NCBI RefSeq assembly: GCF_001194135.2
Contig: NC_068983.1
Location: forward strand, 150,066,730-150,130,729
Direction of reading: 5' to 3'
DNA length: 64,000 bases
DNA from: Octopus bimaculoides
Taxonomy: Eukaryota
Position 1 is the stretch's first letter. Each line of letters starts with the position of its first letter. A model generated the notes under the pieces. The model was not told the origin of the DNA. It made no database searches and saw only the letters and a list, made by a program, of their open reading frames with translations. The position numbers and the translations under genes are program-made. Positions 52,645 through 64,000 of the stretch are shown here, piece by piece.

Positions 52645-53278
52645 TTAATTTCATTCATTTTATGTCTGTTTTCCCATGCTTGCATGGGTTGGATATGTGA
52701 TTTGAGGAATTGGTTTACAGTTGGATACCCATTCTCACACTAACCTTTACATGTTTTTCAGGTAAGGGACAACTTTATTCCATACAGTGTTTAACCCTTT
52801 CGTTACTGTATTTATTTTGAGATGCTCTGTATTTCTTTCAATTACTTTAAATATAACTAAGAATTTAGTAAAATAACTTAGTTATCATTCAGCTAGTGTT
52901 AGGAACATAAATTGTGACTAAGGTTTGGTGGAAGATTTTGATTCAAAACTTATGAAAACAAGACATTTGTACTACAGAGCCAGAGCCGGTTTCAGCCGGG
53001 TTGGTAACGAAAGGGTTAAGGCATGAAGTGCACAAATGATTTGTTGACAGGAGAAACTGACAGCAATAATATCCACCACATTTACTAGTGTGGCAGGTGA
53101 TAATGTTGCAATACAAGTGATTGCAGATGTGTATACAGCAACACACACATTTGTGTTCTTTCAATTTCAGTCAACCAAATTCACTAACATTGGCCTGGGC
53201 TATAGAAGACACGTGCCCAAGGCGCTGTGTATCCAAAAACCACATGGTTAGGAGGTGAACTTCTCAACCACATAGCCA
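52645..53278 (-). mobile_element. Diverged family-B SINE containing a nested piggyBac MITE
   Basis: Head at 53278 (ggctatgtggttgagaag..accatgtgg); tail at about 52650 (gcaagcatgggaaaacagac). Confidence 0.65.
52791..53019. mobile_element. piggyBac-type MITE (229 bp)
   Basis: TTAA-CCCTTTCGTTAC ... GTAACGAAAGGG-TTAA: perfect 12-bp TIR with TTAA at both ends. Confidence 0.9.
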
Positions 53279-54190
53279 AACTGTCAGTAGTTCTCTAAAG
53301 GATAAAAATAACTAATGTGATGTACTCTGCTAGAAGGTTGAGAAGATAGAGATGAGAGGAGAAAATAAAGTGGATACAGAGATACAGCCAGTTAAGGGAA
53401 CGAAACCAATAACATGAATAGATTGTGTGTGGAAAGTTCTGACAGTGTAGAACACAACTGTATATTTGTACAGATATGCTAGACAGTCAGGCAAGAGAGA
53501 ATTATCTACAAAGAGTAGATATCAGTTGTGATGGTGTGAATGGACAAAGATGATTTTTAAGCAATTTTTAGAAACAACGAAGAAAAAAAATTTGCAAAAT
53601 TTTCCTTAAAATGATAGAATTTTTAAAAATAAAAAAAAATCTCAATTACATTAAGTTTTCTTAAGCCAATAATTCAACAACATTGCAATGTAATTAAATT
53701 TCAGAATAAGATAAAAGTTATGGATGGCAAAATCAGCAGAACACTTAACAAAATGTCTAGTGCAAATTCCTTATATTCTGTATGTAATCCCGCCAGGGTT
53801 AACATATTGGCGAAATGTTAATCAACTTTCCTCTTCAAATATATGGCCTTGTGCCAATATATGATAATATTACAATTGAAAACATGTTGAAAAGGCAGAC
53901 AATTTACTTATACCTGTTTAGGTTTTGAATTCAGATCCAGAAAGCATTTATTTTGCCACCCATCTTTCCAACATCAGTAAAAGAAGTTATGCATTGATCT
54001 GATTTAGTCAACTCTACCTCTTTTTCAATAATTTCTGGCTCTTTAAATATGGAACAAAATTGCATTTGCATTTGTTATTTATTATTTATATCATTCTGCT
54101 AATCACAGCATTTGTTCAAATATTTAGCTATATTTTTAAAGGGAAATAATCTCACTCAACATTCTTTTATCTATTGTAATCAGACAAGCA

Positions 54191-54404
54191 TACAGGGTGG
54201 CCCAAAAGTAGGCTTACAGTCATCGCATAGGCACTTTAAATTTCTTTTAAAACATTTTATTACATTTAAATTTCTAACTTACAATTAACTAACTTAGCAT
54301 AGAATAATGGTTTCATATTTTCTTATAATTAAAATCCACTGTTAATATATGAATGCGAAAGATATAGTTGAATAACTGTAAACCTACTTTTAGGCCACCC
54401 TGTA
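54191..54404. mobile_element. Tc1/mariner MITE (214 bp)
   Basis: TAcagggtggcccaaaagtaggcttacagt ... actgtaaacctacttttaggccaccctgTA; 28/30 identity including TA. Confidence 0.92.
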
Positions 54405-55596
54405 TATATGGACATGACAGAAGTAAATAGACACACTATAAAACATCGTAAGGTATATATTTTTGTTATTAATTGGCATTTTTATGGTTCAGTTTCTATA
54501 TATGACTGTTTAATCATGCCATGTACAAAAGAGGCTGTATTGTCAGTCATCTGAAGGTGGACTTTGCCAGTTTAAAATATCGCAGTAAACCTTGTGATCC
54601 CGCTTTCTACAGTTAATAGAATGATTGTGCAATTCACCAGAGAAAGGAAGGAGTCTACATCACCATGTCCAGGTAGACCAGGGCCCTCTGACAGGATCCT
54701 TCGCTTTGTGGAATAACCTCATTGCAAGGCCTCTGACATAGCAGAACAAGTTGATGTCAGTCTCATAACAGCTGTCAGGTATCTCTACAAACTTGGCTAC
54801 TATAGCAGAGCAGCAAGAAGGAAGCCACTTCTTCGACAAGTCAATATCAAGCGGAGAAGAAACTGGGCCAATGAGATGGTGGAGAGGCTACTAGCATTTT
54901 GGGACACTGTCATATTCTCCTGATGAGTCCAGATTTGCTGTATTTTCTGACAGTGATTGAGTGTGGGTCTGGAGACTTTGTGGTTAAGAATTTGATGTGA
55001 AATATTGCAGCCAACAATGAAACAAGGTGGCTAATCTGTGATGGTCTGGGGAGCAATTTTGATTAATGGTTCATCAGAGATGGTGGAGTGTGAGGGAAAC
55101 ATAAACTCAAATATGTGTCCATATTGCAGAAGGGATTCCTCCCAATCTTCTCCATTGGTGAAATGATTAAAGAAGACTTTATTTATGGAAGATGGGGCTC
55201 TTTGTCACATGGCTAAAAAGACCCAAGTTTGGTTGGAAGAGAATGACATTAAGAAGCTTCCATGGCCAAGCTAGTCACCAGATATGAATCCTATTGAACA
55301 CATCTGGGACATAATGGACAGGACACTTCGTAAAAAGAACAAGAAAGCATTCTCAAAGCCAGATCATTTAAGATTACTGCATGAAACTTGGCAAGAAATT
55401 TCTCAAGAGACTATTCATCATCCGATCAGCAGTATGCCTAATAGGGCCCTTGCATTGAAAAATGCAAAGGGCATGTCTAGTAAACATTAGATATTCACAT
55501 TATAATAATCAATAAATAATTTGAATGTATAATTTCAGATTTAAATAAGTTTTAATGATCATAATGGTGTTTATTTACTTCTGTCAGGTCTGTGTA
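54405..55596 (+). mobile_element. Near-full-length, inactivated Tc1 (DD34E) transposon
   Basis: TIRs 54405-54434 and 55567-55596 (25/30). FSDESRF (frameshifted). DGALCH...WPS*SPDMNPIEHIWD with D-34-E spacing. Ends AKGMSSKH*. Confidence 0.92.
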
Positions 55597-55861
55597 TGTA
55601 TGTGTGTGTTAACGTTAGCGTCTTATGAAGCTAAATTTATAAGTTCTAAAATTACAGAATTCGTTGCTGGGCAGTTTAGTTTAATGGTAAAACACTTGAT
55701 GCGTAATCACAGAGATATGAGTTTGAGTCTCATGGCTGGCCAGTAACGTATTTTTCTGCAATAAATGGATAACTTATCCTGATCACGCTATTTTATAGCA
55801 TTATCACGCGTTTGAGAAATAAATTTATTTCTGTATCATATGTATATATATATATATATAA

Positions 55862-56553
55862 GCCAGTATGCTTTGCCGGATGTGCAATGTCAGAGTGTTC
55901 GATAGAGAGTAAGCATCTTGAAACAAATGTTAGGCATAAGAGGAATCAGATGTGGTGTGCAAAAGAGGTGACTGTGCTGGTATTGTCATGTGGTACTTAT
56001 AGATGAGGACAGCTGTGTAAAGAGGTGCCGATCTCTAACTGTGGCAGGAACCTGTAGCAGAGGTAGATCCAAGAAGATGAGGAACGAGGTGGTGAAGCAT
56101 GATCTTCGAACTTTGAGCCTGACAGAAGCGACAACTAGGAACCGAGACCTTTGGTGATATGCTGTGCTTGAGAGGACCCATCAAGCCAAGTGCGCCCATG
56201 CTGGTGGCATGTAAAGAACATCATTTGAACGTTGGGTCTCACGGAGGCAAATTGGCTGAGTTCCGTTCAAGTGTTAGGCCTCACGGAAGCAATAACCAAG
56301 ACCTTTGGCATTATGTTGTGCTTAAGAAGACCCATCAAGTCGAGCAAAATCAGTCATGACAGATACCAGTGTCATGCAATTTTGGCATCTGTGCCAGTGG
56401 CACGTAAACGCACCCTGGTGTCACACAAATTGCACCCATGCTAGTGGCACATAAAAGCACCCATTACACTCTTGGAGTGGTTAGCATTAGGAAGGGCATC
56501 CAGCCATAGAAAACCATGCCAAATCAGACAGGAGTCTGGTGCAGCCTTCCAAG
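55862..56553 (+). mobile_element. RTE LINE ORF end plus 3' UTR
   Basis: gatgaggacagctgtgtaaagaggtgc, gtggtgaagcatgatcttcgaac, and ttagcattaggaagggcatccagccatagaaa. Confidence 0.85.
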
Positions 56554-58029
56554 TAATGAAATCATAGTTACACTCCACTGAGCAGCAGAGGGACTAGTTA
56601 CTTCAGAAATAAGACTGCTTCAGTAAGAGACCAGTCTTTTGCCAATGATGATGGGGAAAGATATCCAAATACGGTTTGAAGGATCAATAACTGATCACAT
56701 ATTCAGTAACACAACACAGGAAGAGAAGTCATTCTCTCTCTCACTCAAAAACACAGACTGAGTTGCAATGAAAGAAGCAGTGATAGGTCTTTCTAGACAA
56801 TTTCTTCAGGACAGGAAATGAGTGACAACCAACTGCTACCCTGTTGAACTTTTGAATTCATTCAATCCCTCTAGAAATCCTTTACATGTTTTTTTTGAAG
56901 TTTCAAAACCTGAGCAGTTGTTCGTTGGGGCAATTTATCCAATAATGGGACAAGACTCAAGGTCTTCAATTTCCATCAAAATTGTGTTGAAGCTTTGACA
57001 ATAAATAGCTCTTTAACTAGAAAAGCACTAAGTGACACAAATTAAACTACTAAAATGGAAAGAATCCAATTTCCATTATGATTATCATATTTTATAACTA
57101 TAAATAAAGCACAAGGTCAGGTTTTCAATAAAAGTAGGAATATATTTACAGCAGCCAGTGTTCAGCAATGGACAATTATATGCTACTTTTTCTAAAACTC
57201 AAAAATTATTGGATATTGGAGTTGTAAAAATTATGAGCATGGCATTTTCATGGGTCTCATTAATATAATTGCTGAAATTCTTGAGAAGAACCCACTAACT
57301 GATTTTGGTACCTAGTTGAAGTAATTTTTTCTTTTTTCTTTAAGGCTTAATCAGAGGTGGAAGGGCAGTATTCATGAATGAGTAGGGGTGGGGGCTCCAA
57401 CACTGGTAGAAGGGAATAACCCTTCAGACTGGAAAGATGGCATGCTTGCAACAAAATGGACTGTTAAATTTACATAAAGGCTATGTGGTGGTGTTAAACT
57501 AAGCAAAGGATTGAATTTATTTACTCCAAACAGAATCAATGTCTCCAATAGATTTCCACACTCAAGGTGTTAAGCAGTGGGATCATACACAAAACCACTT
57601 AATGGTAAAGCACATAGCCTTGTGATTACCAACACTTTTCCAATGCCTTGTAGAAAGAAATGGTCATCACAAATTGTTTTTCACTGTTTCGTAAACCTGT
57701 AACTTCATACTTATGGAAGCAACAATCATCATGAAATTAACTTGTGACTATGTTGGTTGCAACAAGTATCCATAGAAAATTACTGAATAGGTAATTGATT
57801 GAATGTCACTTGTTTGTGGTAACAAAAGAAAGACTTAAAACCAGTCAACCAAAGTGATCTGCCTTATATATAAACACAGATTTTTATGTGTTGTAATATA
57901 TATAGAAGCAATAGAAAAGGAAAAATTAAAATATCCTATATTTCAGTGCTTATCAAGCATTTTTATTATGATATGCTAGGCGAAATATTTTTAGAACTTA
58001 ACAAATCCACAATACAAAATATTCCTTTG

Positions 58030-58212
58030 TATTATAGGCACAAGGCCTGAAATTTTGGGGGAGGGAACTAACTGATTACATCTACCCCAGTGGTTGACTG
58101 GTACTTATTTTATCAACCTTGAAAGGATGAAAGGCAAAGTCAATGTTGGTGGTATTTGAACTTAGAATGTAGACAGACAAAATGCCGCTAAGCATTTTGT
58201 TTGGCATGCTGC
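58030..58212 (-). mobile_element. Family-A SINE
   Basis: ggcacaaggcctgaaatt..ccccagtggttgactggtacttatttt..ggatgaaaggcaaagtcaa..aaatgccgctaagcatt. Confidence 0.85.
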
Positions 58213-60515
58213 TACAACACAAAATATTGGAAACATAAAACCTGAGATTTTTAGAGAGAAGGAGAGGAAGGCAAGTTGTGTCACTGAAATCTTTCCTACT
58301 AGTTTTTGTAAAATTATTCATTAGTGACATTAAAAGTGAATGCTGATGGCTACAAGAAATTGAAGTGGTGTTGCAAACTTAAGAATTTACTTTTGCTTAA
58401 CAACTCTTTTGCTCAACTAATTTGTAGATCTTATATACATTGTGAAATCAGTACAATATAAAAAGCAGAGCTATACTTGAAATGTAACTTCTAGCATTTT
58501 TCTGAAGTAGGCTTTGTTGTTTCTTTGTATGTGTATAATTTGTTGATTAATTCAAAAACATTATGAAAAGATACTGGTTTTCTTTGAAGTTAATTCTATT
58601 AACTATGTAGCCAATGAAATTCTTTGGATCCAACAATAGGCCTAGTGCCTTAGATAGGCAGGCATAAGGTGTTTGATGTGTCTGTGAAGCAAACTTTAAC
58701 ATTTAATCCGGATTCTAGCCATAGGCAGTTCAACTGATGCTAAATTCTCAATCATGGAATTGAAAGATTGTGAAGTAAAAATTGAATCCATACAGAAATG
58801 ATGTTAGACTTGAGAATCAGTAATTTTTTCAAGGTTCTACTAAGCCAGTATTTGGGTGGTCTAAGACTGTGTCATCATTTTTACACAAAAAATTTATAAT
58901 TCTAAACAAAACAAACAGAAACAGTAGTAAATAATGATAAAAATCCATTTAACTTGTATCCAATAAACCAATATTTTTCAAAACACACACATACATCAAA
59001 ATATTCTTCATTATTAACATAGTAATTGCTCAACTTGAAGATTCCAAAATGTTTATATTTGAAAGGCATATCATTTCTGGAAATCAATCATTTCTAAGAT
59101 TCTTGCATGTAGCTTATATCTGAAAGGCATATCATTTCTGGAAATCGATAATTTTATCTCAATAGCACTTCTTTTTTTTTCTTTTTTTTAGAAAATAAAT
59201 TCCTCACCCTCTCTCAATGCCCATAGATTTAGAAGCAAAAAATACAATATAAGGTGAAAGGAGAGGTGTATGAGAAGTTGAATTTTTTGCCCAGACTAAT
59301 ATCTGATGTGTTAAGTTAGAGTGTATTGCATTCTGCATTTCAAGGTTACAAACCAATAAATTCATATGCACAACTACTCAAGGTATTGGAGAGAAAGGCA
59401 TAAGCAAAGATTAACTTAAAAAGTGGTGACGGGGATGGGTAAACAGGTAAACAAATCACAAAATACATTTCAAAAGTTCTACAAATACACCAGAAAAACA
59501 TACAAATTGTGACTATAACAGAAATATAAGGTTATTTTATTTATTTATCTACTTTTATCCTTTACTGTTATCAAGAGAGGCCATGATATTAGTGTTCAAG
59601 ATGTTACACAACTGACTGGCATCTCTCTTGTTGAATAGGAGGCCAGTCAGTCAGAGTTTCTCCTCTGAAAGGACTAATTCAGCACTGGAAACAATAAAAC
59701 ACTTATTGGTTACACTTTCACCAGTTAAATTGATTGAATCAATTGAATAAGTTGTGGAAAATGTTCACTGTGTTTGTAAAGTCAAAATATTTATTTACAA
59801 GCAGATAATAGGCAGCAGGAAATAAAAAGTATATGTATATTGGTAAACTGGTAGAGATTATTCTGTGAAAGCAAAGACAAAAAGCTAACCACTAACTAGA
59901 CAAGACAGAAAAAGAAAAAAGCGATAGCTTACACATGACTGCTGGCAACAAGTGAGAAAGCATTAGAGAATAACAGCCATTTTACTTCTATTTAACTAGT
60001 CAAAAACAAAGCTCAGTTTACTTAGTCTCTTACTGGCTAAAATAACACTAGTGACAATAATGTAACTAAACATCTGCATAAGATCCACTTCAAATGTTTC
60101 ATGCTCACTATGCCTGTCCATTATTTGAAGCCCATAACATTTGTTCATCTGTGTTACATATATGCAGAGAGTAAATTAACCGGCAAAAAACTGAGCATTT
60201 TCATTTGACAGTTCTTTTATATTTAGCCTTGGCCAAATTTGTTAATTATTATACATGAACTAATTGATATTTATCTACACATTCTTAATAAGTAATTTTA
60301 GTTGTCACCAGTCCCAGTGTGTGATTTGGCTTCAATTCCCAGTTGGAACTACTTCACTTTCATCAATCACTGTCTCTTTTGTAAAACATTAGTGTCAAAT
60401 ATTCCATTTCTCACCTCAGCAGCATCATGCTTATTTAAAAAGCATCGATAAGTAATTCTGAAATGTTAAGTTTAAAAAAACAAAAGGAAGAACCAACCCC
60501 CTCATCTTTGTAAAA

Positions 60516-61552
60516 TTTATTACCTCTGTCTTAGTGAAGGCGGAGGTATTGTTTTCAGTCGTGTTTGTTTGTTTGTCCATGGACAAGATATCTCAAGAAT
60601 CGCTAGATGGATCTGGATGAAACTTTCAGGGATGTTTGCCTTGTGACTGGCACAGTCTCATTAGATTTTGAGATCAATCCAGTACCAGACAAGGATCTGG
60701 ATTACTTTTCTAACATTACACATCCAGCTGAGCATACTGGCTTCGTTTCTTGTGAGCTTACGCATGTCCTCGGCAGTCATGGCCCAAGTTTCACTGCCAT
60801 GTAGCATGGCGGTTCATACACAAGCATCATAAAGTCTGCCTTTTACTCTGAGTGAGAGGCTCTTTATCACCAGCTCTCTGAACTTTGCCCAGGCTATTCT
60901 TATTCTAGCAGCTACACTTTCAGCCCCCCCCCCCAACTTGGTCACTTAGATAGTGGAAGCTATCAACTACTACTAGTTTTCTCCATGGAATGTGGCAAAG
61001 GTTGTTTTCTGTGCATTTTCAGTGTTTATTGCTCTTGAGCATCTGCCACATACAAAAACTAACTTCCTAGTTAGCCTTCCTTTGATATTGCTGCACTTCT
61101 TATGCGTCCATAGCTTACACTGGGTACAACTCATGGAGTTTCTACCTACGCCTTTTCTACAGATCGAGCAGGGCCATTTACCTGAAGGGGTTTGTGTTTT
61201 GTCTAACCATTCATCTATCCCTAGTTCCCTCATTGACCACCAGATAAAGGTGCGGGGGACCCTGTCAAAGACTTTCTCCATATCAACGAAAGCCAGGTAC
61301 ACAGGTTTTGTATTAGTATTTCATCTCCTCTCCCTTCACCTCTCAGTGTGTATGTGTGCGTGCGTGCGTGCGTGTGTGTGGATTATTTTTCCGTTTGATA
61401 GTGGTTGGGTTCATTTTTAGTATTCTTGTTTGTGACAGCAATCCCATTTATTTCAGATATTCTCATTTTAAAAATCATCTCCGGATAATCATTGAGGGGG
61501 TGTTGGTGTTGCCTTGGTGGAGGTTTGCGCTCTCTGAGTGCTCTTGTTGGTT
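60516..61552 (+). mobile_element. HINE/DINE-1-like (Helentron-associated) element, interrupted by an RTE fragment
   Basis: T-rich 5' end with hairpin acctctgtctt-agtg-aaggcggaggt (60522-60547) and (GTTT)n; 3' subterminal repeat ccttggtggaggt (61512-61524); palindrome gcgctc-tct-gagtgc (61527-61541). Confidence 0.7.
60711..61306 (-). mobile_element. Internally deleted, tail-less RTE fragment with intact PHD finger
   Basis: ORF 60973-61302: YLAFVDMEKVFDRVP (RT subdomain 3) fused to KWPCSICRKGVGRNSMSCTQCKLWTHKKCSNIKGRLTRKLVFVCGRC. Confidence 0.9.
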
Positions 61553-61917
61553 ATTAAATTATGCTATTTTTAATAATCACGATAAAGCATATGTAAATTT
61601 CATGAAAATCTATAAACACTTAAGTGTGAATAATTTCATTTTAAAAATTTGTACACAATTTCAAATTTCACAAAATGAAAAGGAAAACATCAATATTTTA
61701 TAAAATGACAGCATTTATTTTCTCAATTTCAAAAAAGATAATTTACTCAAAAAACTGTTTATTTTTAACTTCAACCACCTTTCATATCTCACAGAATTCC
61801 ATTTTACAAAATATCTTTTCAACTGGGAATAGTACTTCCAAAAAAAATTCTTATCCTTTTTGACCAACCTTCTAGTTCATACCTCACTGTAAGTAAGATA
61901 ACATATTGTACAACATG

Positions 61918-63460
61918 TATCATCATTTGGCGTCTGTTGTCCTGCTGGCATGGGTTGGACAGTTTGACTAGGGCAGGCAAGCTGGAAGGCTGCACCAGAC
62001 TCCAGTCTGATTTGGCGTGGTTTCTACAGCTGAATGCTCTTCCAAACACCAACCACTCAAAGAGTGTAATGGGTGCTTTTACATGCAACTAGCATGGGGA
62101 CCATTTGCATGACACAGGTATCTGCCATGACTGTGATTTTACTTGGCTTGATGGGTCTTCTCAAGCATGACATAATGTCAAAGGTCTTAGTCATTGCCTC
62201 TATGAGGCCCAACACTTGAATGGAACTTTTCACATGCTACTGGCATCAGCCACTTTGCCTCCATGAGGCCTAATGCTTGAAAGGTGCTTTTTACATGCCA
62301 CTAGCACAGGTGCCAGTTACGTGACACTAGCATCAGCCACAATTACGATTTCACTTGGTTTGTTGGGTCTTCTTAAGTACAGCATATCACCAAAGGTCTC
62401 AGTCACTAGTCATTGTCTCTGTGAGGCCCAGAGTTTGAAGATCATGCTTCACTACCTCGTCCCACATCTTCCTGGGTCTACCTCTACCACAGGGTCCTCC
62501 ACAGTTAGAGATCAGCACTTCTTTACACAGCTATCCTCATCCATATGCATCACATGACCATACCAGCATGGCTGCCTCTCTTGCACACCACATGTGATGC
62601 CTATTACGCCCAACTTTTTTCTCAAGATGCTTACATTCTGTTGAACATGCACACTGATATTGCACATCCAGCAAAGCATACTGACTTCATTTCTCTCAAG
62701 CCTACGTATGTCCCTGGCTGTCATAGCCCATGTTTCACTGCCATGTAGCATAGCTGTTTGCACACAGGCATCATACAATCTGCCTTTCACTCTAAGTGAG
62801 AGGACCTTTGTTGCCAGCAGAGGTAGGAGCTCTCTGAACTTTGCCCAGCCTAATCTAATTATCACGGTTATGCTCTCAGAACACCCACCTCCACTATTAA
62901 CTTGGTCACGTAGATAACAGAAGCTATCTACTACCGCTAGCTCACCCAACTGGTACTTGGAGTATATTTTCTGTACATTTTCAGTGTCCACTGTACCAGT
63001 GCATCTTCCACATACAAAAGCTATTTTCCCTGTTAACCTTCCTCTGATATTGCTGCACCTCTTAAGTGTCCATAGCTTATACTGGGTACATCTTATGTAG
63101 TTTCTACCAACACCTTTTCTACAGATCAAGCAGGGCCATCAACCTGAAGGGATTTGTGATTTGTCAACCTTCCTACTTACTAAGACTGGTTTTTGCTAGA
63201 TTGACTCTAAGGCCCTTCGATTCTAGACCTTGCTTCCATACCTGAAACTACTCTAGTTCTGACAGTGATTCAGCTATAAGAACAAGGTCATCAACATAGA
63301 AGAGCTCTCAGGGGCAGCCTGTCTTAAATTCCTCTGTTATTGCCTGGAAGACTATGATGAACAAGAGGGGTCTGAGGACCAATCCTTGGTGAACCCTTAC
63401 TTGTACCATGAGTTCTTTGCTGTACTTGTTGCCAACCCTCATCTTACCAGTAGCGTCATT
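61918..63460 (-). mobile_element. 5'-truncated RTE LINE: RT subdomains 4-7, PHD insert, C-terminus, 3' UTR and tail
   Basis: VHQGLVLRPLLF, YVDDLVLIAES, GLRVNLAKT, WPCLICRKGVG..., VVDSFCYL, GWAKFRELLPLL, LHGSETW, WYGHV; tail ...(gat)n at 61918. Confidence 0.93.
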
Positions 63461-64000
63461 ATACAGAAATTCATTTGATACTAATAAATTTGAAATAGAT
63501 GAAAAACATTCTAAAAGGTGCTGATTTTAAATTGATCCTCATTTTGTCACAGATTCAAATGAATAATATTGCTTTCAGGAGAGAATATCTCCATTTAGGT
63601 ACTTTATTTCAGATGCTTCATCTACAGTGCATTTAGTTTTTAACACAACAAATTCTCTCATTTACATGCATGGATGTATGTATGCACACAGGGACTGAGA
63701 AATAGAGATATGATTAGACTTCTGAAGATAGTGTTGGCATCCACAGCTGGATTATAGCAGCCCAAGACACAAACCTAGGAAGGAAAATCCACTTTTCATA
63801 CTATGACTTGAAATATGGATTTTCAAATTTGGTGTGTGTTATAAGTTGAAGTAGTAGTGCAATAACTATAGTTCAGAAGTTCAAACACCTTAGAGTTGGG
63901 AGTGACAAGAATGAATAAGCAAAGAATTATTAACTCACAGTATAGTGCAAGCACTAAATTCTCTAAGTTTTTTAATTTAATTTTTTTAAACATTGTTTTG

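Noticed and set aside
54560-55490. Active or domesticated Tc1 transposase
   Set aside because: Frameshifts and an in-frame stop (WPS*SPD) disable it.
59060-59146. 26-bp perfect direct repeat tgaaaggcatatcatttctggaaatc (59060, 59121)
   Set aside because: Two copies with no element features between them; most simply a small local duplication.
59933-59963. Possible alternative first exon ATGCTTTCT...ATGT|GTAAGC
   Set aside because: It ends in phase 1, whereas the 52192 acceptor is phase 0; no other support.

Overview
AT-rich, intron-dominated animal genomic DNA with six N-gaps, five of them next to microsatellites. The SINE/LINE repertoire points to an octopus or other coleoid cephalopod (inference from recognised repeat types, not from a search). 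The only host gene I can support is on the minus strand. It is four internal coding exons (52091-52192, 32020-32112, 22266-22396, 5273-5332; 102/93/131/60 nt, all GT-AG, frame-continuous) of a PP2A B56/B' regulatory subunit of the alpha/epsilon (Drosophila widerborst) class. Its 5' and 3' exons lie outside the window. The three complete introns (about 20.0, 9.6 and 16.9 kb) and the flanking partial introns are filled with decayed mobile DNA: RTE, L1/Tx1, CR1-like and R4/Dong-like LINEs, Penelope-like elements, two tRNA-derived SINE families, Tc1 (DD34E), mariner, maT-like (DD37D), Tc1/mariner and piggyBac-type MITEs, a Helitron helicase remnant and HINE/DINE-1-like elements. No intact transposon ORF, RNA gene, CRISPR array or prokaryotic system is present. 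The most unusual signals are: (1) a complete C4HC3 PHD finger inserted inside the reverse transcriptase of the RTE family, between subdomains 6 and 7; (2) a roughly 92% identical, ~270-bp inverted RTE pair 1.3 kb apart in the intron, a candidate ADAR substrate; (3) a mariner derivative built from two inverted 5' ends; (4) a cluster of SINEs plus a Dong-like LINE stacked in (TAA)n; (5) HINE-like elements, one holding an RTE fragment between 12-bp direct repeats. None of these is proven novel without database searches.
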